A DNA stretch of 44,072 nucleotides, filler included, from Jimgerdemannia flammicorona (GCA_003990765.1; 2 parts of 2 records of this genome joined end to end with filler, not necessarily neighbours in it); one strand, 5' to 3'; numbered from the whole stretch's first letter, positions 24,776-38,760 are shown. Notes: a model not told the origin generated them from the sequence alone. Program-made: numbers and translations.

Positions 24776-27700
24776 GATTATAAGAAGTATTCTAAATAAA
24801 GTAAGCTTGAATACTGGGGAAAAGGTCTCATTATAGTCTATATCATATTCTTGTAAATATATATCTCTTTGCCACAAATTGAGCTTTATACTGCTCTATC
24901 ATTCTATTGACTTTATACTTAATCTTATAGACTTATTTTGATCCTATAGCTTACCTATCTGCCAGGAGAGAGACTAGATCCCAGGTATTATTCTCAATAG
25001 ATAAATTGTATTTCTCATCTATAGTCTTTTTTCACTTCTTTTTATTATCCAAGTATATAGCTTTATTATAGTATGCTAACTTATCAGTTATTACTATATA
25101 GGCACACTCACAAATATAGTTGATATGATGTTATTTGTGATAGAATATCTTAGATAGATCCTAATGATCTCCTAAATCTGCTTTGACTTTATTTTATAGC
25201 CTAGATCTGTACTTTTTCTTACCTTTTGGAGAGGTATCCTCATTATTATTCTTATCTATAATTTCTATAATTCTTAACTCTGATAGCCTTATTGATATAT
25301 GTATATATAGGTTATACTAGTGCTAATATAGAGAATATTCTGCTCATTATTAGTATAAATAATACTAGACTAGTTATAGAAATCTTTATATAAATTTTCT
25401 GCTTTTTGGTCTTTTCTTTAAATTAAATATTATAAGAGATAACTATACAGTATTTCTGTAGAATCTATTTACTTCTCTGTCATACCTAAGAAATATATAC
25501 TTATCTATATAAGAATTAAATTTATCTCTATTACTACTACCCTTATCAAGAACATAAGCTTTACTTCTAAATATATATAGATATAAAATATCAGACTTAG
25601 ATCTACTCTATAATTCTTCAGGTATAAGATCACTATTATTCCTAGATTTGCTGTTTCTGAATTGCTGATTATTGACAAAATACATACAATAATTTTGAGT
25701 ATATACTATTGTATTCACTACTTTGGCTCAAAAGAAATATAGTAAGCTAGCTATATTTATCATCATTTGAGCTATCTCTACTATTGTTTAATTAAAACAT
25801 TCTACTACACCATTCTGTTGAGATGTATAGAGAACTGTTATAGAGTATTAGATACTATTCTTCTTCAAGAAGTGTCTGAAGGCTTTGTTGATATATTTCT
25901 TACTATTATCTAAATATAGGATCTATATTTTACATCTTATTTCATTCTCTACAATTACTTTAAATACTCAGAATATTTCAAATATCTTATTCTTCACTAT
26001 AAGGAAGTATATATAGACTTTGTAAGTATAATTATCAATGAAGATAATAAAGTATCTCTTTCTAGAGTATATTGAAGTTTGTATAGAACTATAGATATCT
26101 TTGTATATCAGGTCAAAAATGCCAGCTGCTCACTTTATTTATTTCTGAAAAGGTCAACAGGAAGTCTTGTTTATTATATATCTATTATAAAAGAAGTTTA
26201 GAGATATATAGTATGGTAATTAATTCTCTTACTAAACTATTCCTTATCATCTGTTCTAAGCTTGTCTTACTAATATATCCTAAGTATTTATACTATATAT
26301 ATATGTCAGATATCAGTTGCTATTATGAAATATATAGATAATATATCACTCAGTATGCTTTTAATTACATATAGATTTCCCTTTTTTGATAAATATATTA
26401 ACTTCTTATTATTCTTTAGATTGATCACTATTATACTATTTAGATATATATTTACTCCTCTATCTCCTCAAGCTATCATCAGGTCTATCAAGAAGAGATT
26501 CTTACCTATTTCTAGTATATATAGTATGTCTATAAAGGTATCTGAAGATTCATCAATATTCCTATGTAAGTATTGTGACAAACCAAAATGTACTACCCAA
26601 ATTATATCTTAACTGGATGATGCGAACAATTAGGCAAGATGATGTAAATACATAGCATAGTAACCAGTAACCATTGCTGTGGAAAACTATATAAATAACC
26701 AGACATACCAGAAAGGGTCTGTTTACCTGTACAGACTCTGTACACCATACAGACTCTGTACACTATACAGGTCCTATACACCATACAGACTCTGTACACC
26801 TGTCATAAGTAGCAGATCTATAGTTAGCCACATAGCAACTAGATAGCAACCAACTTATATAAATTACCCCAGAGACAAGAGTGAATAAACCTCAGTCCAA
26901 AAAGTCCAAAATTGAAGCAAAAGACAAGTCTGCCTACCACACTTCAAGAGGAACTCTATAGCCACTGCTAGGAGATTGTGAGCTTATTTCCCCTTTCTAC
27001 TCTGGTCTACTTTCTGATACAAAGAACGAGTTCATTTTTGGTATGCTTGCCAGATAAGCCTGAAGAATCCCAGTTTTCCACTAAGTTTAAGGAAGAACTT
27101 CGCTGCATTCCCAGAGAGCCTGCCTTTCTTGCCCCAAGCCAGTTTCTGATGCAACTTCGCAGTGATCCATTCACGCAAATGAAGCCAGTCTTTGATGCAA
27201 CTTTGCCAAGAGACCCTTTCCAAGCTGCCATCCCATTTCCCAGTTAGAGCCTGCCGATTCAGGAAGAATCCACATCATCTGCCGTTTTTGAGTTATTCAC
27301 CATATTCCCAGTTGAAGCCAAATCTGCACCATCTGAGTTAATTCCCAGTTAAGCCACCATTTTCAAGAAGTCTGCTGATTCAGGAAGAATCCGTGTCATC
27401 TGCCATTCCCAAGTTATCTGCATTCCCAGAAGAGCCTGATTCGTACTGTCCGAGTTATTCGTTGTTCCCAGTTAGCCCAAGTTATCAAGTTATCCACTGC
27501 CAGCATTATTCCCAGTTATTCGAATTATCCGCGTCATCCGAGCTATTATTCCCAGTAAGGAGAACCCATGCCATACATTCCCAGTGAGCCAAATCGAGTT
27601 ATCTGCCAAATTATCAGAATGTCCCATATAAGGAATCTGCCGCGCTACACAGAGATCACCCATCACCTAAGAAGGAAAGCCATTAAATTGACAGATCGTC

Positions 27701-29385
27701 ATGTAGAAATCAGAGATCGTCACTCAAGAAGGAAACTGCTCACGCTACACACAAATTCTGCCATTCCCAGTTGACCCAAGAAGTAAAGACACAAATTGCT
27801 GCTACACCCAGAGAACCATCCCAATAAGGAAATCACTCACAGATATCTAGCTTTGACTATTATACCACTAAACACCATGGACCTCAGGAATCTTAGAATA
27901 TTTTGTTGCTTTTTGACAAAGTAACTGGGGGCTCAAGCCAAACTACATCAACCCCCAACCTTGTAATTTGCCTCCATTGAGCCGGGCACATTACAGTATA
28001 TACTAATATTATCCTTGTCTTAAGTATAGATGATATTATTATCACTCAGTTTGATAGGTACAGAGTGCTCAAACTTCTTATATATAGAGAATTACTCATA
28101 GTATACTATTATATACTATTTTGTATCAGAATTTATAAGCTAGACTTTTTTGCTATATATATTGATACTGCTAGACATATAGCTTATATTGGTGCTAAAA
28201 CTATTAATATTATTATTACTATTTTTTGCTATCTGAAAAATATTTTCCAAATTTGCTCCTATATCTCTCTCTGTATATAGATAGATTGCTACTTCTGTAA
28301 AAAATAGATCTCCATTACTACTACTTTCATTGCTGACATCTACTATATTTACTTGCTATTATTCTTAATTGCTCTTTTCCTTCTTCTTATAGTTAAGGGC
28401 TTGCATATAGTATCTATACTTATTATAGTAGAAGCATTTACTATTGAATTTAGCTTATTAACTGTCATACTGACCATCATACTGCTGACTTTGCCCTCTT
28501 TCTTTATTCAGCTTACCTTTACCTCATCTATATACTCTATCAAAGGCTTTCTCATCACTATCCTCATTGGTATCATTGCTGCCCAGTCTCAATTTCTTGT
28601 TTAAAGGACTTATAATGATGTACTTATAGTCTGATAGTTTGCTAGATTTCTTTATAATAATAATAATCATATTGTATACCTCCCCAAATCCTTGTCTTTA
28701 TCTTTGATAGTATCTACTAGTATAGATGTAAGAGAATTCATTTGATTCACCAGATCATCAACATAGTTGGCATAGTCTCAGATATTCTTTTTAGACTTTA
28801 TTTAGAGATTGAACAGTTGCACTTTTAGGTGAAATCTATGTTTATTAGTAGTGATTGTATAATATCTCTCAGACTTTATTCACTATTGTAGTATTGATGA
28901 TAAGTTTCATTTATATATTTGAAAGAGTGAATATAATTTCCCTTAGTACTCTGCAATCCTTTATAGTATTATATATTATTATTTATACCTGTGACTTCTA
29001 GTAGTTCTCCAAATCATATTTCTCTAAGAGATTCTTTATATAGTATACCTATATAATATAATTCTTATTATTAAAGATAGGAATCATCCTCTTTACTATT
29101 ATTGTTAGTATACTCACTCTCTCAGCACCTGTTCTGAGTTCTATTCTACTTGTATTATTTGATAGACTTATGTTTGATATATCTAAGTTAGATATCTTCT
29201 TTATATAGTATAGTATATATGTTAGAGAGACAACTTTATTATCATCTGCTTTTACTAGCAGGGCTCATAAACCTTTTGATATAGAATACTTAGGAAAGAA
29301 TAGGTAGAGAGAAAGAAGAAGTATTATTTATATACTAGTTTATATATCTTTATATATTAATATTAATGATATTTACATAATAATA
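24776..29385 (-). mobile_element. Ty1/Copia relic 2 (gag-PR-INT-RT), interrupted by a solo LTR and by Copia 1
   Basis: PBS GGTTTATGAGCCC (29261-73), RYFIIFIDNY, QQNGVVE, NNTWDLV and IDYNETFSPV in Copia order. The LTR outer boundary is approximate. Confidence 0.85.
26574..27995 (+). mobile_element. Solo LTR (1422 bp) with 4-bp TSD GTAT
   Basis: TGTGA...TTACA termini flanked by GTAT. The Copia frame is restored on removal. The TATA/GAGTGAATAAACCTCAG block resembles LTR A. 18-bp repeats at 26729-26799. Confidence 0.85.
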
Positions 29386-30180
29386 TAGTTAGGCTATACC
29401 ACTATATATCAAGTTGTTATAACTAAGATATTTCAATACTCTATATAAAGTATCTTAGATCTGATAGTAAAGTCTGAACAGATCTACAACTAATTACTTG
29501 TTTTATATTTTAATTTGAGAAACTACTAGTTTATATTATAATCTAAGAAATACTTTTCTACTAATAAGAAATAGTAAATATATTATTTATTTTAGATTAT
29601 TCTAAATATATATTTGTAACTTATATATAGCTTATAATATACTGCTTATCTATACTGCTCATCTATACTTCTTATTTTCTATTCTTATACTACTTGTTTA
29701 CTCTTCTACTCTCATATTACTTATTAATTCTATATTTGGTCTTTTACTCTATTTTCTATACTTAGTTTTTTATTTTATATTTAGTTTTACTCTAAATTTC
29801 TATCTTACTCTTTTAAAAGCCTATATTCTTTATTATTTACTATTTCTATTTATAAGTTTTTCAAAATTATAATTAAAGTTAAAATAGATATAAAAATATT
29901 TCTTAGTTAGTTCAAAGAACTCAATATATAAGATATATTTATATAATAAGTAAAAAGAGAAAATTCTATTTTTAAGTAGAAATTTTTTTAAAATTATAAA
30001 TTATAGAGACTAATAATATAGATTTAATAAAGATATCTATCATTTTAGAGACTTTAGAAGATCTAAGCTAAATATAGAACTATTATAATAAGTATATAAA
30101 TAATATAGTATAACTAGATAATATAAATACTCAATATAGTATAGTTACTCATATCTAGTTACTCATATATGTATATATAT

Positions 30181-31421
30181 CCGAAAAACTATATACCTCT
30201 ATCAGACTCAGACCTATAGTTTGGACAACTATGCCAATGATTCCCTTTTATAGCATCTTTATAGTAGAAAAAGAAAAAGAGAATCTTCAATAGATAAGCT
30301 TACAATGTATCTGTCTACTGATTGGATAGTTTTATTAGAGAATACTAATATATTAGATTGGTAGAAGGTGAGAATTTCCATAATTATCTTCACTAAATAT
30401 CATTGAATCTTTTCAAGTTTTCAACTTTAAAATTCTCTGTATTTTAAATTTACAGACATACTAGATAGACTTCTCCAATTTGAGTAATATGGCTTGAGAT
30501 TATTTAGCTATTCCTGCAACAAGTGCATCAGTTGAAAGAGTATTTTCTAGCAGTAAAGAGCTTGTTACACTAAGGAGATATTCTCTCAAAGCTGAGACTA
30601 TTCAAGTATATATATGTCTGAAATCTTAGTAGGGCTCAGTATCTTGATTTTAGCTTATTATTACTATATAGTATCTAATAGAGGATCATTTGAAGAAGTT
30701 GGCAAGTTAGTGCTAAAATAAATATATCTTAAGCTTAGTTCATCAGGAAGATTAGAGAATTTGTTAGCCACTAAGATTGTTTTTTCTTTGTAGTATAGGA
30801 GTATAAGATAATGATGATATATCAAAGAAAAACTTTAAAATTCAGTAAGAAAATGAAGAATAGAAGTTGTGATTTTATAATAATTAGAAAAGACTTCAAT
30901 TGATAGCATAAATAATTTGGAATTATTAGAAAGGAGAATAGCTGAGGTTGGTATAGATCATATGATATCTGTGATGAGATAGAGGTGGCAACAGTGGTGA
31001 CAGTGGCAATATTTCTAAATTTTGCTTAGTCAGGATAATCCAGTATCACTCAAGCTATCCTATAGAATGTAGCTTACAAAACTAGTCTTAGTATTTGCTA
31101 ATTCTCTATCTTGAGATTTAGTAAAAAAATATTTTTAATCATGTGTAGAGTTATAAGCATCTGATAGAGTTTAGAGCAATGTTGATGTAAGGAAGCTGAA
31201 TTCAATAACCTTTATCAGATAGCTAAGTAGCAATTTGAATAAAAAGTTTCACTGGAGAATTAATAGGAAATAAATAATTATTTTTATATAACTAGTTAAA
31301 AGCCAGAGATTTCTGCTATGGTCTGGCAGTAATTGCAAAGGCAATTGCTGGGGAATATCTATCAGGCAATTGTGGGGGCATATATTTGGCAATCTTGACC
31401 TATCTGGTAATTATACATCTG
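30181..31421 (+). mobile_element. 3' part of a hAT DNA transposon (dimerisation domain with intron, subterminal repeats, TIR)
   Basis: ILDW*K, then a GT-AG intron (30368-30455), then ..MA*DYLAIPATSASVERVFS..ETIQVYICLKS*. GGCAATTG repeats at 31340-31375; probable terminus ..ATACATCTG. Confidence 0.85.
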
Positions 31422-31449
31422 GACTAGCTATTGTAGTATAGTATTGCTT

Positions 31450-31745
31450 TTTTTTCCCACTACTCTTCCTCTTGTTTATGTTTCTCTATTTGTACTCCCT
31501 TGTTTGTACTTTCTTGTCCATACTCTTTTATTTATACTCTCTTGTTTGTGCTCTCTTATTTGTACTCTCTTATTTCTGCTCCCCTGTTCATGTTCTCCTA
31601 TTTGTTGTGCTCTCCTGTTTGTGCTCTCTCATTTGCACTCTCTTATTCATACTTCCTCATTCATACTTCCTTATTTGCACTTTCTTGTTTATGTTCTCTC
31701 CCTTATTTATATTTTCTTATTTACACTCATCTATTCTTACTTCTG
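31450..31745. repeat. Degenerate pyrimidine-rich ~14-16-bp tandem repeat
   Basis: Recurrent TTTGT(A/G)CTCTC units. Confidence 0.7.
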
Positions 31746-31959
31746 TGAAATCTTACCAGATACTTGAAGGAATTATTTCTAGATAGCTTATCTCATTTCT
31801 TACTACTCCAAAAAAGACTCCAACAAATCTGTTATCTATTTCTCCCTGCTGAAAGTAGCTCAAAAAAGCTCCAATTTAGGTCAGTTTATATTAGTTCATA
31901 TCAGCTAGTTTACACCAGTTTATAGTATGGATACCTATCTTTTTTAGAGCTCATTTTTG

Positions 31960-32330
31960 TCACACCTTGCTCTGCCTCATTTCTCTTACTCTACCTTATT
32001 TCTCTTACTCTGTCTTATTCCCTCACTCTGTCTCATTCCCTCACTCTGCCTCATCCCCTCACTCTGCCTTGTCTCCTCACTCTGCCTCATCTCCTCACTT
32101 TGTCTCATTCTCTCACTCTGCCTTATCCCCTTACTCTGCCTTATCCTCTCACTCTCCCCTCACTCTGCCTCATCCCCTCACTCTACCTCATCCCCCAACT
32201 CTGTCTCATCCCCCACTCTGCCTCATCTCTCCACTCTGCCTCATCCCCTCACTCTGCTTCATCCTCTCACTCTATCTTATCCCCTCACTCTGTCTCACCT
32301 TGCCTCATCACTCTGCCTTATCCTGCCTTG
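31960..32330. repeat. 18-bp minisatellite CACTCTGCCTCATCCCCT
   Basis: Roughly 20 diverged tandem units. Confidence 0.9.
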
Positions 32331-32636
32331 CTATCTATTCTGGTATTCTAGCTCACCATCTTGCCAACCTGTCTTACCATCCCATTCTTGCTACCTCATT
32401 CTTGTCACTCTGTTCTCATCACTCCATTCTCATTACCAATTATGTCTTATTATCTACATCAGTACATCATCTGAGCATACTGTCTCACTATTCTTTTCTC
32501 TATTCTTAGGTATGCCTTGATACTTATTTCAGATATATTATATTTATTCTATATTATATACTTGCTTCTTACTATAGCAGTAACTCAGCTATAGCAGTGG
32601 CTTGCTCATAGAGGTGGGGGTGAGGGTGACTTAGTA

Positions 32637-33080
32637 GCTGGTCATAGGAGTGTCTCATAATCTATACTGATAACATACTCTCTTACTCAAGGAGGATCTC
32701 TCACAGCTGGTCTCTGGCATCTTGTTCCAGATAGCATCTGCTTTGATGGAGGCTGGTCAGAGGGGTGTCTTCTGATCTGTACTGACAAAGTACTCTCTCT
32801 CTCAAGGAGGATCTCTTACAGCTAGTCTCTGGTATCTTATTCTAGATAGCATCAGCTTCAGTAGAGGCTGGTCAGAGGGGTGTCCCCTGATCTGAACTAA
32901 TGAAGTACTCTCTCTCTCAAGGAGGACCTCTCATGGCCAGTCTCTTATCATTCTGTCCCAGGCAGCATCAGGCTCAGAGGAGGCTAGTTGGGAGAGTATC
33001 TCCTGATCTGCACTAACAAAGTACTCTCTCTCCCAAGAAGGATCTCTTATAGCTAGTCTTCAGTATCCTATTCTAGATAG
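32637..33080. repeat. ~115-bp tandem repeat, about 3.8 units
   Basis: Units start at 32637, 32752, 32867 and 32983; the core is TACTCTCTCTCTCAAGGAGGATCTC. Confidence 0.9.
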
Positions 33081-33114
33081 TTTCTTTATTTTTTTTCATA
33101 ATTGACTATACTTC

Positions 33115-33400
33115 TGTCTTGCCAGTTTCTCATCTGCTAGTTTCTTATCTGCCAGTTTCTCACTTGCCAGTTTCTTGCCTGCCAGTTTCTCATCTACCAG
33201 TTTCTTATCTGCCTGTTTCTTGCCTACCAGTTTCTTACCTATTAGTTTCTTGTCTATTAGTTTCTTGTCTGCCAGTTTCTCATCTGCCAGTTTCTCATCT
33301 GCCAGTTTCTTGTCTATCAGTTTCTTGTTACTGGTTTCTTATCTGCTCATTTCTTGTCTGCTGGTTTCTTATCTATCAGTTTCCCATCTGTCAGTTTTCT
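33115..33400. repeat. 15-bp minisatellite CTGCCAGTTTCTCAT
   Basis: About 19 units, probably a 5-aa repeat of a decayed minus-strand ORF. Confidence 0.9.
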
Positions 33401-34589
33401 GGAATGGGAGACAATTTTGTCTCTATTGACTTTGACTTGAGTAAATTTCTGACTGCTTCAAGGCTGGAGTTGGAGGCTGTCCTGTCAATACTTACTACTC
33501 TTTTGTCTGGCAGGGCTACTCTCAGGCTAGATTTTGAAAAACTACTAGAACACAATATCTTGGAAAATATTTTAGACTCTCTGGCTTATGTTGTCAATAT
33601 GAAGCATAGGATTGATATACTTCAGGAAGTATTCCAGAGCTCTTATCATGAGGGGTTGTCTGAGCTGTAGTATTTCTGCTTTCCTGGGAGCCCCCTCTTA
33701 GCAGGTCTGAAGATATATAACTAAATTTTTCAGTATCTTCCAACTGTTAAGATGAGATTGGGTAATTTCTAGACATGATTTCAGAGAGAGCTGGGTATGT
33801 TCATTAATTGCAGGTTATTGATAAGATTATTCTATTTTTATTTAATTTTTCAGAAAGCTAAAAAGGACTGGTATAAAGTGTAATTAGTGGGTTTTTTGAA
33901 TTAACAGTAGCAATACTGGCAAAATCAATAAGATCTTAAAGCTAAATTTGTTCAAACCTAGTTCCAGATTCCAAGTTTAATAGATTTCAAAATATTGAGA
34001 ATTCCAAGGCTCAATCTCACAGTAGAACAAACTACTATGCTCTATATACAAGATCCTGAGAAAGTTGGACATCAATATCCCATCATGTTCTCAGAAAAAA
34101 GAGATCAAAATTGATTTTGAACTGTAATATTTTTGGAGTCCTCTGATTTGCCAACTGGTATTCTGAATTCAAATTGCAATTATATTGTCCTAGATACTAA
34201 TACTAAGGAAGTTATTTTGATAGTTTAGAGGGAGATGTTAAGAGATCAGATAAGTCAGATCTTGATAGATGTTTGTAAGAAGACATTCAAAGTTTGATAA
34301 GCTGGATTATATGGTAAGGCTCAAGCTAGAACCAGGTCTTATGTATCAGCTAGTTATATATGTTAACTTATACTGATAGAATATATTACTATATCATACC
34401 TCTCAATAATTTCATACTAAAAATTGAACAAGATAAATGAGAGGAATATGAAATAATAGTTATAGAGCTTGTTTCACCTCTCTTCACTACCTCTTACTGA
34501 ATGTAGTATCCAATTCATCAACTTTATACAATTTTTGATCAGTTTAACACCCCTTAATATCTACCTCCAGACACTATTTCTGAGAGCAT

Positions 34590-34790
34590 TGTGATATCCT
34601 CATTCTCAACTTTGGTATTCTTAACTTTGGTATCCTCAACTTTAGCATTCTCAACTTTAGTGTCCTTAACTTTAGTATCCTCAACCTTAGGGTTCTTGAC
34701 CTTGATATTCTCTATCAATGTGATATCCTCCACCAACATGATATCCTCTGCCAATGTGATGTCTTCTGCCAATATAATATCTCTAGCTAA
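34590..34790 (-). repeat. Coding-type 15- and 18-bp repeats (VEDTK, AEDITL)
   Basis: Seen in ORF 34554-34772. Confidence 0.7.
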
Positions 34791-35379
34791 TACTCTGGAG
34801 TTGCCTGAAATAGATGGAGATCAAATGAATCAAGGTCAATCTAGGGTGTGTTTTCAACTTGAAGAATTCTAGTTTGAGCAGAATATGACAAAAGTTAGTA
34901 ACATGTTCTTTGGATAGTGTACCAGTTCTCCTATTTATACTAATCAAGATATAATACTTATTTTACTTTATGTGATCAAGTATAAGAAACTATATACTCC
35001 AAAATCTGGGGGTCTATTCTACAATTTGGCTTATAGTGTTAGAGTTCCTCTAGAGTCTAACATGATGATGGTGTTTCATTCAGATCAACTATATAATTCT
35101 ATAGTTATAGGAGATGAAGTTTTAAATAGTCTGTCATTGAGTATCTATTATAGAACATTAGAGGCTATATATTATTATAATAAATTTTTTGGAAAATTCC
35201 AGCCAATTCACACTAGTAAATTCAGACCACCCTTCAATCTGAGGGGGTCAAGTTTGACTCAATTTATTGTTTATATTAATTTTAACAACTAACAGTTCTG
35301 CTCAAGCTGATATAAACCAGCACTAGGTCAATATGACTACTTTTTTCTCAAGTCTGATATCTGAATTCCTTATATGAAA

Positions 35380-35547
35380 AATTCAGATTGATTTGAATTT
35401 TACATAGAATGAATTCAGATTGATTCAAATTTATTACAGGATGAATTCAAATTTATCATAGGATAAATTTGAATCAACTTGAATCAATCATATGACTCGC
35501 AAATTTGAATCAAGTTTGAATTTCTCTGACTTATTCAAAGTACTATA
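35380..35547. mobile_element. DNA-transposon-like terminus with decayed (TTCGAATC)-type subterminal repeats
   Basis: Repeated TTCAAA/TTTGAA motifs. The end GACTTATTCAAAGTACTATA also occurs as GACTTATTTGAAATACTATA at 21381-21400. Confidence 0.5.
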
Positions 35548-35560
35548 CAATACTACTCTT

Positions 35561-35716
35561 ACATAGCTGAAATTGTGAGACTATTGGTTCTCTCTATAGT
35601 CTAAGGATAATGAGGGTAGTATGAGAGAGAAGGGTAAGAGAGGGTTTTTGTCTATATAGTTTAGATTTTCTTCTAATAAAAATCTATTGAGACTTAATCT
35701 CATTAAAAAAAAAAAA
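35561..35716 (+). mobile_element. SINE-like family, short 3' copy
   Basis: GAGGGTTTTTGTCTATATAGTTTAG..AATAAAAATC followed by A12. Confidence 0.7.
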
Positions 35717-35719
35717 TGA

Positions 35720-36737
35720 TATAACCACCTCAATGCCAATCTTTACAAGATATCCAGAAGAAGACCCAAGAGAATTTCTTAATAGAATCAAGGAAATAGC
35801 AGCTCTAAAAAATCTTTATCTAAAGAAAAGTCACCATCTTTAAGATTCAACTCAGAGAACCAGTTAAGGGAATTTTTTCCAAGTAGTAATACAGAAAATG
35901 AAACCTACTATAAGACCCAAAAATCTATTATAGAAATGAAGATGAACCTTAGAGAATCACCCAGAGCATTCTTTACTAGAATCTAGAAAAGAATATATAT
36001 AGTTAGATTCATTACCACCAATCAGAACATTATAGGCCCAATGATCTTTATAAATAGAATTCCCCCAAATATTACTCAGTATATCTACACTCTAGATATC
36101 AGAAGGCTCGAAGAACAAGTAGATGCAGCTTAAGAATTTTTCAATATTAGATAAGGAATTACCTAGAGTAATCATAATTAAAAGAATGATAAGAAAGACC
36201 TCTTGGTTAAACTCTTTTAAGAACTCCTTCAAGAATATAAAAAACCAGAAGGGAAGCCACCCAAGGAGTAGAAGAAAGAGAGAAATAAAATCTAAGACCT
36301 CAACATCAAGTTAGATCAATTGATTGAGCAAATTGAAAAACTTACTATATGTGAAAATTAGAGCTACCCACTAGATAATAGAGGATATACACTATGAAGG
36401 AATCAAGACTACCTATCCAGAGATAATAGGAGCTATATACCAGCTATAAGAAGAAAGAAGATACTCAGTCTGAGATAGAGTTTAAGTCTAATACTTCTAC
36501 TATAGATAGTTTGGACACTATACTACAGAATATAATAACAGAAGAAGTAATCAAAGAGATTTAGAACTATTTAATCAAAAGAATACAATCTAGTACAAGA
36601 AGACTGAAGTTCAACCTGTTGAAGATTTTGAAGAAGAAAGTTACAACAAAGACTATAGTAATCTAGATATATATCTAACTAAGATTATCACTAGAAAAAC
36701 AGTCTACCTAGTTGAAAAAAGGAAGAGACCAGTAAGA
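35720..36737 (+). pseudogene. Gypsy gag relic
   Basis: MPIFTRYPEEDPREFLNRI and knuckle YFYYR*FGHYTTEY near 36493. Confidence 0.65.
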
Positions 36738-38760
36738 AGGCCATCTTCAATCCACTCTTCAGATATAAGAACAAAGTTGTAGAGTACTATCATCTCTTCT
36801 AGTATTTCTGGAACTCTCACTATCTTCTTTTAAAAGTCCCAAGACAGGCAATCCTTGTCAAGAGCTGTGCTCTGTTTTGTAGCTAACAAGATACTCAAAA
36901 TTTCATTCTCTTAAACTAGTAGAACTAAGTCCCTAAGATCATTAATCTATAGAGAGTACCAATCCTCTAGAGAGTAGTCAATAATCTTCTCATCAGTACT
37001 CTCTTCTTTCTCACTCTATAGGTCTCTCCATCTATCTTTCAAAGAATCCAAAATTCTCTATATTCTATTTACTAGAGTACTTTCCTCATGAAGTACTCTA
37101 TCTTACTACTGCTTTATCCTCTTTATTTGAAGAAGTCTAGTCAGATACTTAGTAGACCTCCTATCTTTCTCAAGTCTCTACCACTATAGCTGAGCTGCTA
37201 TACCCTATACATGAGCCTCCTTCTTCTCTCTCAACACTCTCTCCAACTCCTCTACCTCTATCCAGATCTATCCTAGTCTCCAATCTTCCATATTCTTCCC
37301 ACCTACTCTAACTGTAATCTCACTATTCTACTAGAGGCCTATCTCTTCTATCATCTCTGCTGAGTCTCTTTAAACCTACTAAACTCACTTAGTATACCTG
37401 GACTGCCTTCTTTAACTTCACTCAATAGACTCTCACCAGAGACCCCTTATATATCTAGTGAGTAATCTTTATCTCAATATCCTCTATCTAAGTATTTCAT
37501 AACTTCTTTTTCTCTAACAAGAAGGAGTTGAGATGTCAATGTTCAGATCCATCCCCACTCTCCTCAAATCTGCTATACTCTAATAGTCTCCAGTAATCAG
37601 ATCATGAGTACTACTCTACTTTCAAAGCTACTCAAATATCTATCTTCCAGCAGTCAGTAATCAGTATTTAGTAAATCCTTATTCTAAGACTATTTACTCA
37701 ATGAGTATATATCCTTTAGTCACTACATACTATCTTATCAGTATCAATCAGTGAACTTAGATATTTTACTTTCTTCCAAATCTCCAGATCTATACTATGG
37801 CCTACCAGATATCTCTCTCTATTATTTCTATTCAATAGCACATTTTGCATTATATTAAAGTCTCTATCCAATATATCTACACCAGTTTCAGCAAGTGTAC
37901 TATATTTATAAAGTCTATCTATTTACTCTATTTAGTCACTTCTAACTACTAGATAATAATAGGAGCTAACTACTATCAGCCTCCACTCTGGTCTTTACTA
38001 CTCTCTCTATACTAAGTAATCTCTCTATCTCTCAACCTCATATAGTTTTCTCTTACCTCTCTATATCAGAATCTCTACCTTATCTCTCTAAACTACTGTA
38101 GTACCCCACTCTCATCTATGTCTATCTATTAAATTCCTTCTTATAGTAGACATTCTGCAGTAGAAAAAGATCTGTATCCAAATTCTGCAGCTAAGCAAAA
38201 ATATATTAATGTCTTACGGAACTCTACAGATCATTTATATTCAGAGTAAAATATTAGTTATACTGTTTATAAATAAAATATTGTTATATTATAGCCTTAT
38301 TCTCTTTATAGTTTTATACTTATTTATTTCCTCCTAAGTCAAGTCTAGACTATACTTTACAATTATCTCCTTCTTCTCAATCTTCTTAGTATCTAATTCA
38401 GTCAATATACAATTGTCTCATCATTCTTGACCTTTATCTTCTCCTTATACTTCTTACATACTGTCTACTAGAGCTATAATCTATATTACTACTTTTACTA
38501 AAAAGCAGTATACTCTTCAGCAATCACTATCAATTTAGTCTCTTTTATCAAATATACCTTATAACCTTTCTCTTCTAAGAATATAACTAATACCTCAGCC
38601 TTTAGTTTCTCTACCATTCTATTACCCTATAACATCCTCTTTCAAAGCTTCTTACTGATAATATATAAGTCTATCTTTCTCAGCTTCTCTGCAGATATTG
38701 ACTAGTCTAATTATCTATAGTAGATTCTTGAAAAAAGGTTGCTTATGGATAGAGAATAGC
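36738..38760 (-). mobile_element. Second, more decayed L1-like relic (ORF1 end + ORF2 N-terminal half)
   Basis: INSITNI..NINDL..DLFLLQNV starts at 38270. TALDKDCLSWDF*KK matches TALGEDGLPWDFWKK of the first LINE. Confidence 0.8.

Noticed and set aside
32637..33080. CRISPR-like periodicity (also 1030-1298)
   Set aside because: Whole units repeat with no unique spacers, there are no cas genes, and the context is eukaryotic.
31444..33670. Several 80-187-aa plus-strand ORFs
   Set aside because: They arise from stop-poor pyrimidine-rich minisatellites that are open in multiple frames.
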